DNA of 63,754 nt, the filler included, from Blastocystis sp. subtype 4 (lineage: Eukaryota): the NCBI RefSeq assembly GCF_000743755.1. It is 3 parts of 3 records of this genome, joined end to end, with 100 filler letters (N's around TTAATTAATTAA, not from the genome) between each part and the next. Parts side by side here need not be neighbours in the genome. Positions count along the whole stretch, not along the records: positions 22,142 to 44,045 come from NW_014569367.1; 2 more parts are not named here. One strand, 5' to 3'. The position numbers were made by a program, and so were the translations under genes. The notes under the pieces were generated by a model. It had not been told where the DNA came from. It saw only the letters and a list, made by a program, of their open reading frames with translations, and made no database searches. Positions within the stretch are counted from its first letter, which is position 1. The number at the start of each line of letters is the position of its first letter. This document shows, piece by piece, positions 22,868-36,405 of the stretch.

Positions 22868-25297
22868 ATGGACTTGACAAAGAAGAAAACTGCAGGGTCC
22901 TTTCAGAAGGGAAAGAAGGGATTGTCTCCGAAGGGGAAGTCGATGAAGAAGAAAGCTAATAAACGGTTTGCAAGAAAGGAATCAAAGGTTGATAAGGAAA
23001 TCAAGGAGATTGAGAAGCTAAATGCGATACTTGCCGACCTTGCTTCTTCGTCCGAAGAAGAAAAGACAGTGATGAAGAAGTTTGAAGAGCTTCCGATTTC
23101 GCAATATACAAAAACCGGTTTGTGGTGCATTGTCTGTTTTACGTTTCTAGGCCTCAAAGAAGCTGGATTTGTTGAAATGACTGAAATACAGCAATCATCG
23201 ATACTGCAATCTTTGGAAGGGTCGTTATTTCGTCGTTTGTCTTAGCTGTAGACATGATACTCTTGGTTGTGCCAAAACAGGTTCAGGGAAGACTCTTGCT
23301 TTTCTGATTCCTGCTTTGGAATGTCTTTATCGGGATCGTTGGGATACAGATGATGGGGTTGGTGTTTTGATTGTTTCTCCGATTCGTGAATTGGCTATTC
23401 AAATCTTTGATGTCCTCTGCACAATTGGAAAGTATCATTCCTTCTCTGCGGGTCTTGTCATTGGTGGAAAGGATTTCGAAGTAAGTTTACGGAACTCATT
23501 TCAAATTTAGGATGAGCAGAAACGAATCATTTCAATGAATATATTAGTGGCAACACCAGGTCGATTACTCCAACATATTGAGCAAACCCCCGGATTCGAC
23601 TGTTCGAATGTGAAGTGTTTGGTTATTGACGAGGTGGATCGATGTTTGGATATGGGTTTCAGAAAGGTGTTGGATCAGATCGTTGATTCTCTTGGCACAG
23701 AACGACAGAGTCTAATGTTTAGTGCTACTGTGGATGAAAATGTCAAGAAAGTAGATGGAAGAGTGATTGGTTGATGGATAGTTATCCAGTCATATTCTTC
23801 ATGAACCACTGTACATCAATGTAACTCCCGATGAAGATTATGTGACTCCAAAGACAATCGTAGGATCACGAGATAGATCTAATTGTAGATGCAACGATAT
23901 GTGGTATGTGAGTTAGGCCAAAAAATCGAACTATTATACTCATTCCTAAAATCCCATTTAAAATCAAAATCGCTTGTATTTGCGAACAGTCGAAAAGAAG
24001 TCCGATTTTTGTTTGAGACATTTCGTCGAATGAAACCAGGAGTTTCACTCATGCATATTCATGGGAAGCAGAAGCAAACAATGCGAACATATACGTACTA
24101 CGACTATGTTCTGTTGAATGAGATGGTTAATTTGTAGTTGCAGAAGGATCAGGCATGCATGTTGAGTACTGATGTAGCTGCTCGTGGATTGGATTTTCCA
24201 AATATTGACTGGGTTATTCAATTTGACGCTCCTGAAGATTCGGCAAGTTATATTCACCGTGTTGGACGAGCTGGGCGTTTCAGATCAAAAGGAAACGCCC
24301 TCACTTTTATCCTTCCATCAGAAGAAGAGAGATTTCTGAATATGATGGTTGAAGCTCGGATTCCCGTTAAACGAATCTCCGTAAATCCAAGTCGAACAGA
24401 ATCCGTTACACGAAGAGTCATGCAAGAGGTAGCAAAGGATACAGAACTGAATGTGTTGGCTGTGGGTGCATTCCGCTCATATGTACGGAGTGTGGCATTG
24501 GCTGGGCATGATGTGAATGAACTACCATTAGAGAGTTTTGCTGAGAGCTTGGGATTGGGTGTGGTACCGAAAGTGAAATTGAATAAGGTAAGTGTGTGAA
24601 TGAGTGTGTGAATGAGTGATGCATGAATGAATGAGTGGTGTGTGAGATCATGCCTTGACTAATCAATTCACATATCACTCACCATTACAGAAGAAGAAGT
24701 CGTCTGAATCCTATGAACTACAACAGCTTCGTCACGAGATCGAGACTCCAACGCATACTCAGTCTGTTGCTTCTTCAGAGAGTGAGGATGAACTACTGGT
24801 TGCTACAGGTCGAACCACACTTTCTATTGATGCGAACGAGTTGCCTCAACTTCCAGTAGGACTAATAGAATGATCTGATCCATAGAAACGCGAGAAACGT
24901 CGTCTTCGTTTGAATGTTGGATTTGACAGAAATAGTCATATTTTAGGGAAATGAAACTTCCTCAAAATCGATTCGATTTGATGAAGATGGAAATCCGATT
25001 CAGCGTGGAGATGGTGTTATGAATATTGATGAACTGAAGGGTGAGTGATGAAGAGACTGGTTACATGTAGAGAGTGAAATGAACAAGATGGCTATTCAGA
25101 AGCGTGTAGAAGAAGTGAAGAAGGATGTGGAAGCAAATGAAGAGAAGGACAGAGAGAGAGAAAGACAGCGTGTACGTGAAGTGAAGTTACAGAGGAAGAT
25201 CAAGGACAAAGCTCAGAATGTGATCGAGGAAACCCCGATGGTCCTTTTAGGAAGTGAAGAAGAAGAAGATGATGATCAGGAAATGAGTGAAGAATGA
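22868..25297 (+). CDS. DDX10: DEAD-box helicase DDX10/Dbp4 (spliced)
   Basis: [84 protein letters not shown]. Confidence 0.9.
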
Positions 25298-25417
25298 TCT
25301 GTTTGTTAGACTGATCTCTCCCATTGTTGATAACCAAAAATTGAACCTATTTTATCGTAGAAACTGGAGAAACTACGATAATTGCGTTTTTCTCGCAAGA
25401 TATTGATACTGGATCGA

Positions 25418-26539
25418 ATGTTGATTGATGAAGAGAAACATCCAGGTATAAACTCACTTTCTAGAGTTATCTGTAGTGATCTTCGGTGTCTACAAGTTCT
25501 TCTCTGGTTCTGCTTCAGGTGTTGTGGCAGGTAGTTTCTATACTTTTTTGTAACAGTACAGCAACTCTTTTACAGCCAATGGATGTGATCAAAACCAGAC
25601 AACAGGGATACTATCACAAAGCCACTATCCAACAGGGATCAACACTGGAGATGAAAGAGAATGTAAAATGGCAAATCGCTGCAAAGAACATTTACAAAGA
25701 ACGAGGCCTTCTTGGGTTTTGGGATGGTTTAGTAGGCTTTTCTGGTACACATTAACACAAGTCCCCAAGTTTGATTCGTGTTACCTTTGGAGTAGGTCTC
25801 TACTACTATTTGTTGCATTTGATTCTACAAGATGAGACAAATGGCAAACCGTATTGATTTCCCTCTTCTGTTACATAGAAACATCAATCATAAGTCGCTT
25901 TATTCGCTAGGAGCTGGTTTTACTGCTCGATCTGTCTGTTCAGCTATTATGCTTCCAGTAACGATTGTTAAAACCAGAATGGAATATAATAAGGTTGTAA
26001 ATGACACAATCTATCACACCTGCAAGAATGTTCTGACTGTGAATAAGAAAGGTCTGTTTTCTGGTTTGATTCCAACTATTTTGCGTGATGCTCCCAATAG
26101 TGGGTTATATATTTGCATTTATCATACAATCAAACCTCACATCATGCAGTTGCGTGAAAACAATGAATCAATTCCTGTTACTTTGCTTAATTTATTAACT
26201 GGTATCACTGCAGGAATTACTTCAACGTTTATCACACATCCCTTTGATATGATAAAAACGCAAATGCAGATTAATGGTAGGTATTGGAAATGAATAACAG
26301 AAAGATGGTGATCCTAATTATTTGACAGTTCGAAGTACTGTTAGAACGATTGTGCATGATGCAAATGGAACAAGCGGTTTGCGACGTGTATGTTCAGCAT
26401 TTAAGAATATGTATACTGGTGGTTTTATGAGAATAAGTAAGCGAGCTTTGAATAGTACTATTACCTGGTATATTTATTGGTTTGCTTTCATTGTAGGACG
26501 ATTTATGAAACAATGAATCGATGGGTAAAGAATAGTTAA
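25418..26539 (+). CDS. Mitochondrial carrier, SLC25A38/Hem25-like glycine carrier (spliced)
   Basis: Three carrier signature motifs QPMDVIKTR, LPVTIVKTR and HPFDMIKTQ; LRDAPNSGLY resembles Hem25/SLC25A38. Confidence 0.8.
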
Positions 26540-26576
26540 CCGATGTTTGTTGATTCTGTGAATAAGAACAAACAAT

Positions 26577-29188
26577 TTACTGAAAGCATTCAGCACATTG
26601 AAATAGCAACATCTGAATCACATTCGCTTCTCGCAACACATTATTATGAGCAGTCTTTCCTATAATAGAATCCAAAGATACAGCAATATTCTATGACTCA
26701 AATTACATCGAATTTCACACTTCATAATAGACATCGAATTTCTTTACCTTGACCTTCTTATCAGCATGAAGAACTCCATTCCAGAATCCATTCACCATTT
26801 CTTGATATACTTCCTTTTCAGATCCCTTTGTAGCTCGAATGGTTGGGCTTGTTTCAATTCGTTCCGAATGGAATGGTACAAAAGTATCCTGACACGATGA
26901 GAATAGATAAACATAACGAAAAGCATCAAGTCCCGAATTCAGCGCCATTTTGTATAACAGGGAATTACGCTGATTCTTTTCCTCTTTCAGCAGTAGTTGT
27001 TGTACGACCTTCGAATTATTGAAGAATGAATAGAATTTCGATCCCCAATCCAGTGTGATATTCGGAAACATTACTCCCAGATGTGGTGCATTCAAAGACA
27101 AAAAAAGATTGAATTTCGATCGGAAGGGATTCAAAAGTGGCGAATTAAGCGCCAATCGAAGTACAAGTGAACCAATTGAATGCGAGATGAATGAAATGTG
27201 AGTGAGTGTATTTGCAAAAGGAATAAGATGTGAATGAATTTCTTGTGAGATCAGAAATGCTTGTTGTGTCAAAGAATCTTGGGTGTGATGAATAATGGAA
27301 TGAAGTGAGATCACATGAAGATGATGATATGTGAGAAGAAGAAGATTACCGATATGACGCATATCTGAAGGAGCTGCCTACACAATAATGATACTCATTT
27401 CTAACTTATCCGAAATCCATGTAAGATAAATACTACATGAACGTCATTTCGTTTCCATGTTAAACAACCTTCGCAGCGCTTTGCACAACCAACACACCAT
27501 CGACCACACTTCATGCATCTCCACTGTCGATTACTTCGCTTCTCCACAGTCATTTCCTCTTTCTCATATTGCTCCACTACCATCAGTGCACGATCAGTCT
27601 CTAGAAACCTCATCAAAGAATCATTCATCATCATGTTTTCCTTCTCTTCTGGAGGTGGAACTCTCTCAAACAAGGAGTAATGATCATTCAGTGTGTCCGT
27701 ATTCTACTTTTCAAACCCACATTCATTCATCACTTCACCCTCCAGATCATTTCGATTCATCTTGCTGACAATCACATTCTTAGAGAAATAATTGTGCAGA
27801 TTTCTGGAATTCACTTCTGCGAGCGCTTCTACAATAACCCCAATACAATCGCGAATTCCCGCAGTTAATCGATCATGAGCTGTCCACAACTGATGTGAGC
27901 ATTTCCGAATCCCCTCGACCAATTCTGATGCTAAATTCTCTCTTAACCCACGCATTCCTTCGATTCGCAATTCTAAGGACTCCCGTGGTGAAATAGGTTC
28001 CTGCGGGAATTCATTGCTTTTGTCAGGGGATATCAAACTAGGAGCTTCCACAGAAAACTCCATGCATGATAAGGATTCTCTCAGCGTTTCCCGTGATCCA
28101 CTTAACCGTGGCGAACCACAAAGTGGTGTTGAACTTGGCTGAGGAGTGTGGAGCGTGAGAGAAAAAGCAGAACTGAGAGTTGATTCTGACAGACCCGTAG
28201 GTGAAGGAAAAGAAGAGGATGCTTGATCAGGATACAGAAGTGATTGATAAGGAGCATATCGAATAGCTGCTACTGAAGAACTAATGGAGGTAGTACTGTA
28301 TTGCTAAATCATGAGGATTTCTGGAATAACAGAATTACAAGATCAATCGTTTGAAGACAGTTGAGAATATGATAATAACTGCTCTCAAAGAGAACATTGA
28401 TTTGTTCCTTCAATTGCGAAGCCTTGCTTGTCATCTCAATGTATGACTACATGGTAGATTCTGTTCACACTTACATCACAATCTCCAAACAGATAGTCTG
28501 CCATTGACATATGTTCTTGTTCTTCGATTTGGGTGAAACGAATATCAACTAGCGAACAAATTACAATTCCCGTGATTTCGCATAAACCCTGTTCAGGGAA
28601 CAACAAACGAACATAACTCATGGAAGAGTCGGAGCTAACACGAGAAATAGTTATGGTTTGACTTCCTATTAACTATGTAATCAACAAAGCAAGACATGTA
28701 CTGTTGGTTTTTCTGCGTATGCAATAACACGCTTATCATTCCGAATGGGACACTGCGAGAATAGATCAACGGTAAATGTCAAGGATGTGTCGTTTACATC
28801 TTCATAAGGTACTTCAATACGCCAACAACAGGAATCACGAAAAGAAGCTTCCTCACCAGAATAACGAATCAAAACACTCCGGGAAACGAAAGCATTGGAT
28901 GTCAAATCAATACTGCATGGCTTATAGTACAGCTCTGCATCCTCAACCTACAGCATAAACAATTCGCAGTAAAAACCTTACATACGTGTTATCTCTGAAA
29001 TTGCTTTTGATACATGGACTTGAATCATAAAAGAGAATCTGACCCTTGTTTGAAGACTGATGACGAATACGAAATGAATAGATGCTAGAACTGACATTTC
29101 TACATTTAAAATACCCTTGATGAACCAATCCAATGTTGCGAAATAGGTCAAAGTCCATGAAAATGAGAAACACTGCTTTCAGAGACAT
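26577..29188 (-). CDS. FAM135-like protein (DUF676 putative serine esterase; spliced)
   Basis: N-terminal FRNIGLVHQG; VVFILHG, ISFISHSIG, LSLNAPHLG, SSCQDTFVPFHSERI, LDSIIGKTAH. Confidence 0.85.
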
Positions 29189-29285
29189 CACACAACTGCT
29201 TCCCAAATCTCAGTGGTTCAAGTAACAGATAGAAAGAAATAGAATTCTTTAGATAGACCTTTTACAAACAAAAAGCTACTGATCC

Positions 29286-29332
29286 AGAATGGGGATCCCA
29301 CTGTATTAACGATCCTTTGGGATCCCCATTCT
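29286..29332. repeat. Perfect 15-bp inverted repeat with 17-nt spacer, intergenic
   Basis: AGAATGGGGATCCCA (29286-29300) and TGGGATCCCCATTCT (29318-29332). Confidence 0.9.
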
Positions 29333-29400
29333 TTTACTCTCTGTTCAGAAACCCATTCCAACCTAATCCATTGTGATTTCATTCCTTATGAACAAACATT

Positions 29401-30920
29401 TCATTTCAAAAACACCCCAAAATTAAACGGCGTTCGATCAACCCACCGCAGAACTTCCTGAAATTGAGTGCGAACACTATATCCCTAAACCTCATTCTTC
29501 TTCTCCTCACATACCTCCACAACAAATGGAATCGAAGGACATAAATCCTCTTGCAGTAGTCTCTTTACACCTTCCTGACCCACCTTCGTCCGAATCACGA
29601 TGTCATAATTCCTCATTGCACTCCAACGATATTTGGCTCCCATATCATGGAACAGTTTCAACACCCTCATACGACAAGCAGATTCTGGCATTTCTCTACA
29701 TTGTAAAACTATTTATGATTTTTGGAAAACGCAAATACCGAACTCTTTTGCTTCTTTGTGAATATCCAGAACAGAGTCATATTTCTTGCAATAATCATTA
29801 ATAACAATCACACCTGCACCAAAACACTCTTCTCTTGCTCTTGCAGAAATCATTTGTTTTTGTGTCTCTGACAAAAGTACTCCCTTTTGTTGGCAAACTT
29901 CAAATACTCGTTCTGCTTTCGCCTTCCACTTTTCCGAATGATCAAACAACTCACACATTTCATAGTAAGCATCTTCTCGAGGTATCACTCCTTTCTGAGA
30001 CATCTCGCTCATAATGCGATTCATTCCCTCCTCATCCTTCAATTTGCAGTATGACTTCAAAACAGCTCCATATCCAACATTATAGAGTTCTGGAGGTTTA
30101 GTATCTGCATCTTTAGGATGGAGGGATAATTCTTTCAGCTTATCAAACATCTCAATACACTGTTTGTAATAACCTCCTAAGTACAATCCATCTAGCAAGA
30201 TATTGTTGCAATCACTAAAACGAAACTCATCCTTCTCGAAGAGTTTCATATACTCCATTCCCTTGTCATAAAGGCCACAACAGAAGAGTGCACGAGCATA
30301 TTTGGCCTTGAAAGCGTAACGACCTCGTAGATAATGCAAAGAGTATTGAGGGATGCGTTGAAGAACATCGACATCTTTCCGATTGCTACAGCTGTAGAGT
30401 AACCACAATATCGTGGTTTCGTTCAAAGAGGACATCTAGTTTACAGATCACCCATTCTTGTACAAGATTATGATCCATACAATACTCTGCAAAAGCTACA
30501 ATCCGAAGATACATCTTATTCTTGATGAATGAAGCAAGAATCGTCTCCATTTCCTATTCTTCATCGAATAACCATTTCATTACCTGACTTGTAAAAGGTT
30601 GATTCAAGAGAACCACTTCAGCAATCAACTGCTTTCTCTGGCCATTACTCAAAGCAACCAGTCCCTACTCGCTCGTTACTCAACTTTGGAGCAATCAAGT
30701 CTCGGATCACTTCTTCTTTGGTTCGTTGTGGACCACTTGGAACATACGACTTAATCACATAATCCATGTATTCTCTAGATTCTGCAGAAAACATTCGGTT
30801 CTGCAGAGTCCATTTCGAGCTTGTTCCCAATACACCCTCAACTTGTCCTCTCAAACCAAGGAAATTCATCGTCACTGGTCTAACGAACACCGAGGACTTC
30901 TGAATTCCTCTTGCAAACAT
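29401..30920 (-). CDS. Pentatricopeptide-repeat (PPR) protein, probable organelle-targeted (spliced)
   Basis: PPR-like repeats CNNILLDGLYLGGYYKQCIEMFDKLK and YGAVLKSYCKLKDEEGMNRIMSEMSQKGVIP; presequence-like MFARGIQKSS. Confidence 0.78.
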
Positions 30921-31179
30921 TCTCCAATGAGTAATACCCGAAAAGCGAATAGAAAAGAGAAACCGCGGTAATTGTCTTCTTCTAGCGATAACGTTAAAAA
31001 AGGAGCAAAATGCAATTGAACCAACCGATCGCGATTGGATCTCTGGTCCATATCGTATCGTGTAGATGATTATGTGAATTCCTAGGGACATCAGGAACTG
31101 GGGATTGTGATTGGTTATAGTAAAGCGTATAATAATCTGTTGATCTACGTTACAGACTCCGGACTGCTTTTGGAACAAA

Positions 31180-34100
31180 ATGGAAGCGATGTCTCTCTTG
31201 TGGGTCAGGAAGTAAATTGTTGTGTTTCTGACAGCTTAATTTGTCGAATTCAAAGTGAATATGCCTCATCTATTGATGATGTCTTTCCACTTACAACGCT
31301 GTCTTCTCAAGACAGCAATGCATCTTTCAAATGTAATGATGCGTATTTTGATTCTACACTTCCTCTCTTTGAGAATCGTTTTGAGTTGATTCCGTTCAAA
31401 TGTTTCTATCCAGTAGCTTATTATTGCTATCAATGATCCGAATAGGGGACAATTGGATATGATAAGTTGCTCCACACATGTCCTCTTGTAACTGAAAAGG
31501 ATTCAGATTATCTACAATGCTTGTTATTCTGTGTCTCTCCCTGTCTAGCGATTCCACAAGACCTATTCTTGGATTTTATGGCTGTCACTGTAAGGATTCG
31601 TATTTTCTATCATAACTAGAATCCTATTTTTGTTACACCTCATTTGTATGTTATCATCCATGAGATTAACTCACAATCGACTCATTGTACTCTTCAATCT
31701 CCTCTTCTTGGCAGTCATTGTGATCCTGTTCTTTTCAAAGCTTCCTGTTTTCATAATGCTTCTTTGATAGATAGTTCTGTTCAGTCGATGGTATGTCTCT
31801 GCAATTCTCCTCAAGTCTAGAGAGTGGAATTGGCACCGTATTCTGATGATCAGCCCTATTCATGTTTCTTCACATTGGCTGCTTCCTCCTCGTTTTCTAT
31901 TCTGTCTTATCATCTCCTTATTCGTTCTCCTTCAGTTTCTGCAATATGGAGAGATGTTTATCAGCAATCAGATTCTTTTGTGTCCAATTTGAATCAGTTG
32001 TTTTTGTCAGAATTGGATTCCATAATGAAACTCCCATTATTAGATTTAGCGTCTCTTGTTTAGTAATTTATAATTACTATGGTTATACATAGTTACTATA
32101 CACGAACTCCAGGACGAGAGGTTCGAAGAGTTGATTGTCGTGTGACTGATCATGTTGAGGGAATACCAATGTTACTTCCATTTGTTCGATGTGCTCCAAA
32201 TGATACTGTACAGCGATATTTTGATGCAAAATCTGTATGCTGTGTACATGATAGTATACATGAATGGGAGGGAGACAATGAAAATGTACAGAAGTTTCGT
32301 CGATATGGTGGAAGAATAGCTGATCGTGTGACAGTGAAAGAATCAGATATTCTTGTTATGAAAACACGTAGGAGAGGGAAGAAGAAGTAATGAAATAGAA
32401 TTGAATGAAATCTCATTGAATAGGTTCAAAAACTCAATTGAGGGTTGCCAATTTGATACAGCATATGCTCCTGAGAGGGTATGGCTAGATGATCCTCCTG
32501 CTTATTCTAATTGTCGTTATTTGGTGCTAATTTCGGAAGATCGACTTAGTAATGAGATCCAGAATCAGCTGGAGTGTTGGAGGTCCAGGATTCCTCAAAC
32601 AATTCTTGTATGTTATCCTTCTCATCAGCAGGAGAACGAAGTATCCGTTCTTGACACTGAACTCATTGAAGCTGGAGTGTTCCTGAATCTGTGTGATAGT
32701 CTTCATATTTCTGTTCATATGAACTGGAATGAATTTGCATTTGAAGTTAATGATGGGTCTGAGGTTATGAAAGAGGTGAGATTGTGATGGTAACCTGTGA
32801 TGTGTAGATGGAAATTGTATTTTCGATTCCGTCGACAAACAAACAAATGAAATGGGAATATGTACAATACGATAAGGATTATGATTTGATTTTATGGATT
32901 GAAATGGGAAGGGAGATTAATCCAAACGTGTTCCGAGAATGGAATGAACGAATGAAACGATTAGAGGGATTGGTTCCTCCAATCAAACAAATTCTATTGA
33001 ATGTACTTAGGAATGAAAAGAAGTATTGTGGAATGGTAAGTGGAGAAAGTTACATCATTGTCAGTCATGTCTCATTCACTCACACTCTCACTCTCATCAC
33101 ATTCATTTAAGTCTTTTTCTCATTTCTTCTAGATGCTGGGCCCATTCTCAGAGAAGAAGGAAGTGTATCAGATCTCTCTCAAATCCTTTACTGCTACTCA
33201 TGCTTCACAACTCCTCTCACAAGCTCAAGCAATCTGGAATCAAGGATATGAACTGAAATCATTCGAATATTTGTCATTCCAGAATCAGGCACGATTTTTT
33301 AATCTACATACGATACAGTCCATAGCCGATCTGTCTCCATCAAAGCGTTTGGAACACTATCTCAATATGATAAACCAAATTAAAGCATTATTTCCACGGG
33401 AATATGTGATTGATAATGTAACTCCCATGACTTCTTCCTTTCCTATTTCTACGGGAAAATCATGGAATCTGACTGCAAATTCGGAGCCTTGGCGCATTCC
33501 ACTATTAAGTGGGCTCAGTCTGCAAGAAGTCCTTGATGATTATGATTTTGTGAATTACTGTACATGCAATTCGATATCATGGTGGAGCGAAGAAGAGTCA
33601 AATGAAGTATCCAACCAGGCAAATCCAGAAAATGAGACTTATTTGACAATTCCGAATGAAGAGCCGACTTCGGACATGTCTCCATCCATTTCTCCTCCTT
33701 TCCTTTCCCCTCGCCTTTCACCATCAGTATCCCGTCCACCTGTCTCTCCTCCCATCTCTCCTCCTGTCTCTCCTTCTGTCTCTCCTCCTGTCTCTCCTTC
33801 TGTCTCTCCTCCTGTCTCTCCTTCTGTCTCTCCTTCTGTCTCTCCTCCTGTCTCTCCTCCCATCTCTCCTCCTGTCTCTCCTTCTGTCTCTCCTCCTCAT
33901 TCCCCTCCTATCTCTCCTCATTCTCCTCCTATCTCCCCTCTTCATTCTCCTCCAATCTCTCCTCCACAAACCCCTCCTCATTCTCCTCATATGTCCCCCT
34001 CACACCCCACATTCATACCCCACATTCCTACTGTGCCAATTGATCCACCTCTCTTCTTCTTCCAGTTGGAGTATTCAGATGACAGTGATAATTTTCCAAT

Positions 34101-34684
34101 TCACTACACACGTGAGCCTTTATCAATCTCATTGGATTGTACCAAGCATCAGGTCTTTGGTGTTTCTGATAGTTCTGAAGAGGAATTCATATCTCCAGTG
34201 GACTCGGATGAGCTAGAGGAGAAGAAGAAGGAGGTAGATCACGTATTCCAATATACGCAGGATCAGCAGCAAGTACCTGAGGTAGAGGCTGCTGTGAAAC
34301 AAGTCATTGAACAACAGGAGAGAGAGTGGATTGAGGAAGAACCTACGGTTGAAGAAGTATTTCCTTCTGTAATTCGCGAATTCTCCATGACGATGCAGTC
34401 GACTTCGTCCCGTCGAAGACTCGTTCACGGAGATGAGAATATAGATGTGAAAGCAAATTGTTGGCGACAATGTGTTGAAGAGGGATTGAACATTTGTGTG
34501 AACTCGATTTTAAAAGTATCTCAGAGTCCTGCTATGCTACAAAATAGTGTACGCTCGTTGAATGAGAGCGTTTTCAGTCTAGATGTGAAATCAACCAATG
34601 TCTGGCGAATGGAGGAAGAAGAATTGCCTGGAGATGCAGAAGCATTTGCCGAGGATTTAGGGGATGTTGGAGAGGGAAAAGATT
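31180..34684 (+). CDS. Hypothetical multi-exon protein with Pro/Ser repeat (stop predicted to be created by polyadenylation)
   Basis: Chain of + strand ORFs separated by short GT-AG introns; last exon from 33133. Exon linkage and start uncertain. Confidence 0.5.
33740..33990 (+). repeat. Coding tandem repeat, 12-nt unit CTGTCTCTCCT(C/T) encoding VSPP/VSPS
   Basis: More than 12 near-perfect units, degenerating into HSPP/ISP units. Confidence 0.92.
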
Positions 34685-34707
34685 CGTGTGTTTGTTAACA
34701 ATCCATT

Positions 34708-35051
34708 CTACTTCTTTTGAGATTCTTCTTTAATCCGTAATGTCCATTCAGCAATCTGCTGTTCCAATGCCTCCAGTTCTTTCGCATGTTTATTATTCGT
34801 TGCCCGATTAGCTAGAATTAATCTATACAAGTCAAAGTAGTTAGAGAAACTGTCACTCTTCTCGTCGTTTTTCTAACCCTCGTAGATAGTCTCGATGTTT
34901 CTTCACACGTTTCCTCTCCGAACCACTTAATTTATTCGTGATTGCCTTTCTACGAATGATACCATTCCATGACCATTTGATACGATGCGGCTTTCATAAT
35001 TTTACCACGTACTTTCTGCTCAACTCGCGTTGATTTGGCCTTCTTCACCAT
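34708..35051 (-). CDS. Small basic protein, 91 aa, two 34-nt introns; absent from the ORF track
   Basis: MVKKAKSTR|PHRIKWSWNGIIRRKAITNKLSGSERKRVKKHRDYLRGLEKRRE|ELILANRA...EESQKK*; both GT-AG introns preserve frame. Confidence 0.65.
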
Positions 35052-35085
35052 TATCTGAAATCAATTTTGTTCCAACAAACAAGCA

Positions 35086-36366
35086 AAGTTCCCTGTCGAA
35101 TGAATTTATCCAATTCATCTACTGTAATATTATCCAAAATACTATGAAACACATTCTCCACAGTTCGCTGCGAATTCCCATTTAGCTTGTCACTTCGAAT
35201 TCGCAGCGGCTTCCAGCCTCCCTTTCTCCACCCAGGACCCTTTTCACTCGTTGGATATCGAGGAGAAGGAATCCACTCTGTACCGTTCCAGAATGGAATA
35301 TAAGACCACCGATCCTAGTACTAAGAGAAATAAAGTGTCAAATACAAAATCAAATACACACTCGACCACCAATCCCGTTTTACCGAATGTTTCCTCTTCT
35401 TGTGGAGTATCCAATGTTAACCAATCAAAATTTGCATCAATTCGGTTTCGAACCACTTGGAGACGGAATTGACGTTTCCCATCTATAACTCATTCTGTTT
35501 GATTATTCAGACGTATCATCTCTCCCTGTAACTTGAAATCTGCTGAATTCTTCTCCACTGGCTTCCACTTCAACAATTTGAGACATTGACCAGAAGTGTA
35601 TGGATCACGAATTGGTGTGAAAATCAACCCATCACATTCATGAAGTAGATTTTGAACAACCTATTGATAATTCCCAATGAGAATAAGAGACTTCCTTCCA
35701 TACAAAAACAGTTTGATCAAGATTGTACATTGGTTTCAAGCGCATTTGAAAGGGTAAAACGAGCTTTCCTGCTGAAGTGGTTTCATTGAGAGGATGGATC
35801 ACAAACGACCGAATAAGATGGAGACGATTGATAAGAGAAAGCTGTGAAACGTTTCTGTTGTTGATACAGACGATGTCAAAAACCCAATAACACAAGAATG
35901 GTTTATCTGCTTTCGTCTCGAGAAGTAATTCTCCATCTAAGACGGTTGCTTTGTTCAAATCAATATGATCAGGAAAACTGAGAGATTCAAGGAACGAACA
36001 TGCCTCATTGAAATCGATATTTTTGAGTAATCGAAAGTTGAACATGCGGTCGATAAAATAAAAACGCTTCTACTCATCAACAATTCTCCAAAGAATAACC
36101 TGCCAAATTAGCAACATGTATCGAACACCGTCCGTCTTTTCACATACGCAATATTCGATTTTGGATATAAACTTCACATTCTCCCGATCCATGGATACCG
36201 GCTGCGAACCTATATGCTTATTAACTTCCAAAAACACAGCCTTACCTGGAAAACTATAGACGTTTTCATTTCGGCACATTCGAGATACATCTTCGCGCAA
36301 CTCCCGAATACGCGTGTCGTCACTAATAGGATCGCATATAGATTCCAGGAAATCGGCTTCTGCCAT
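35086..36366 (-). CDS. mRNA capping enzyme, stand-alone guanylyltransferase (spliced; stop predicted to be created by polyadenylation)
   Basis: FPG|SQPVS, CEKTDGVRY (KxDG motif I), VLDGELL, VFDI, DGLIFTP, LLKWKP, VVECVFD, WKPLRIRSDK. No N-terminal triphosphatase domain. Confidence 0.92.
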
Positions 36367-36405
36367 GAAGGGAGTTCGTCAAAACAGAATCTGTTTGGCA
36401 ACAAC

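Noticed and set aside
33656..34216. Leu-rich and Arg/Asp-rich ORFs in alternative frames
   Set aside because: Off-frame readings of the 12-nt VSPP repeat.
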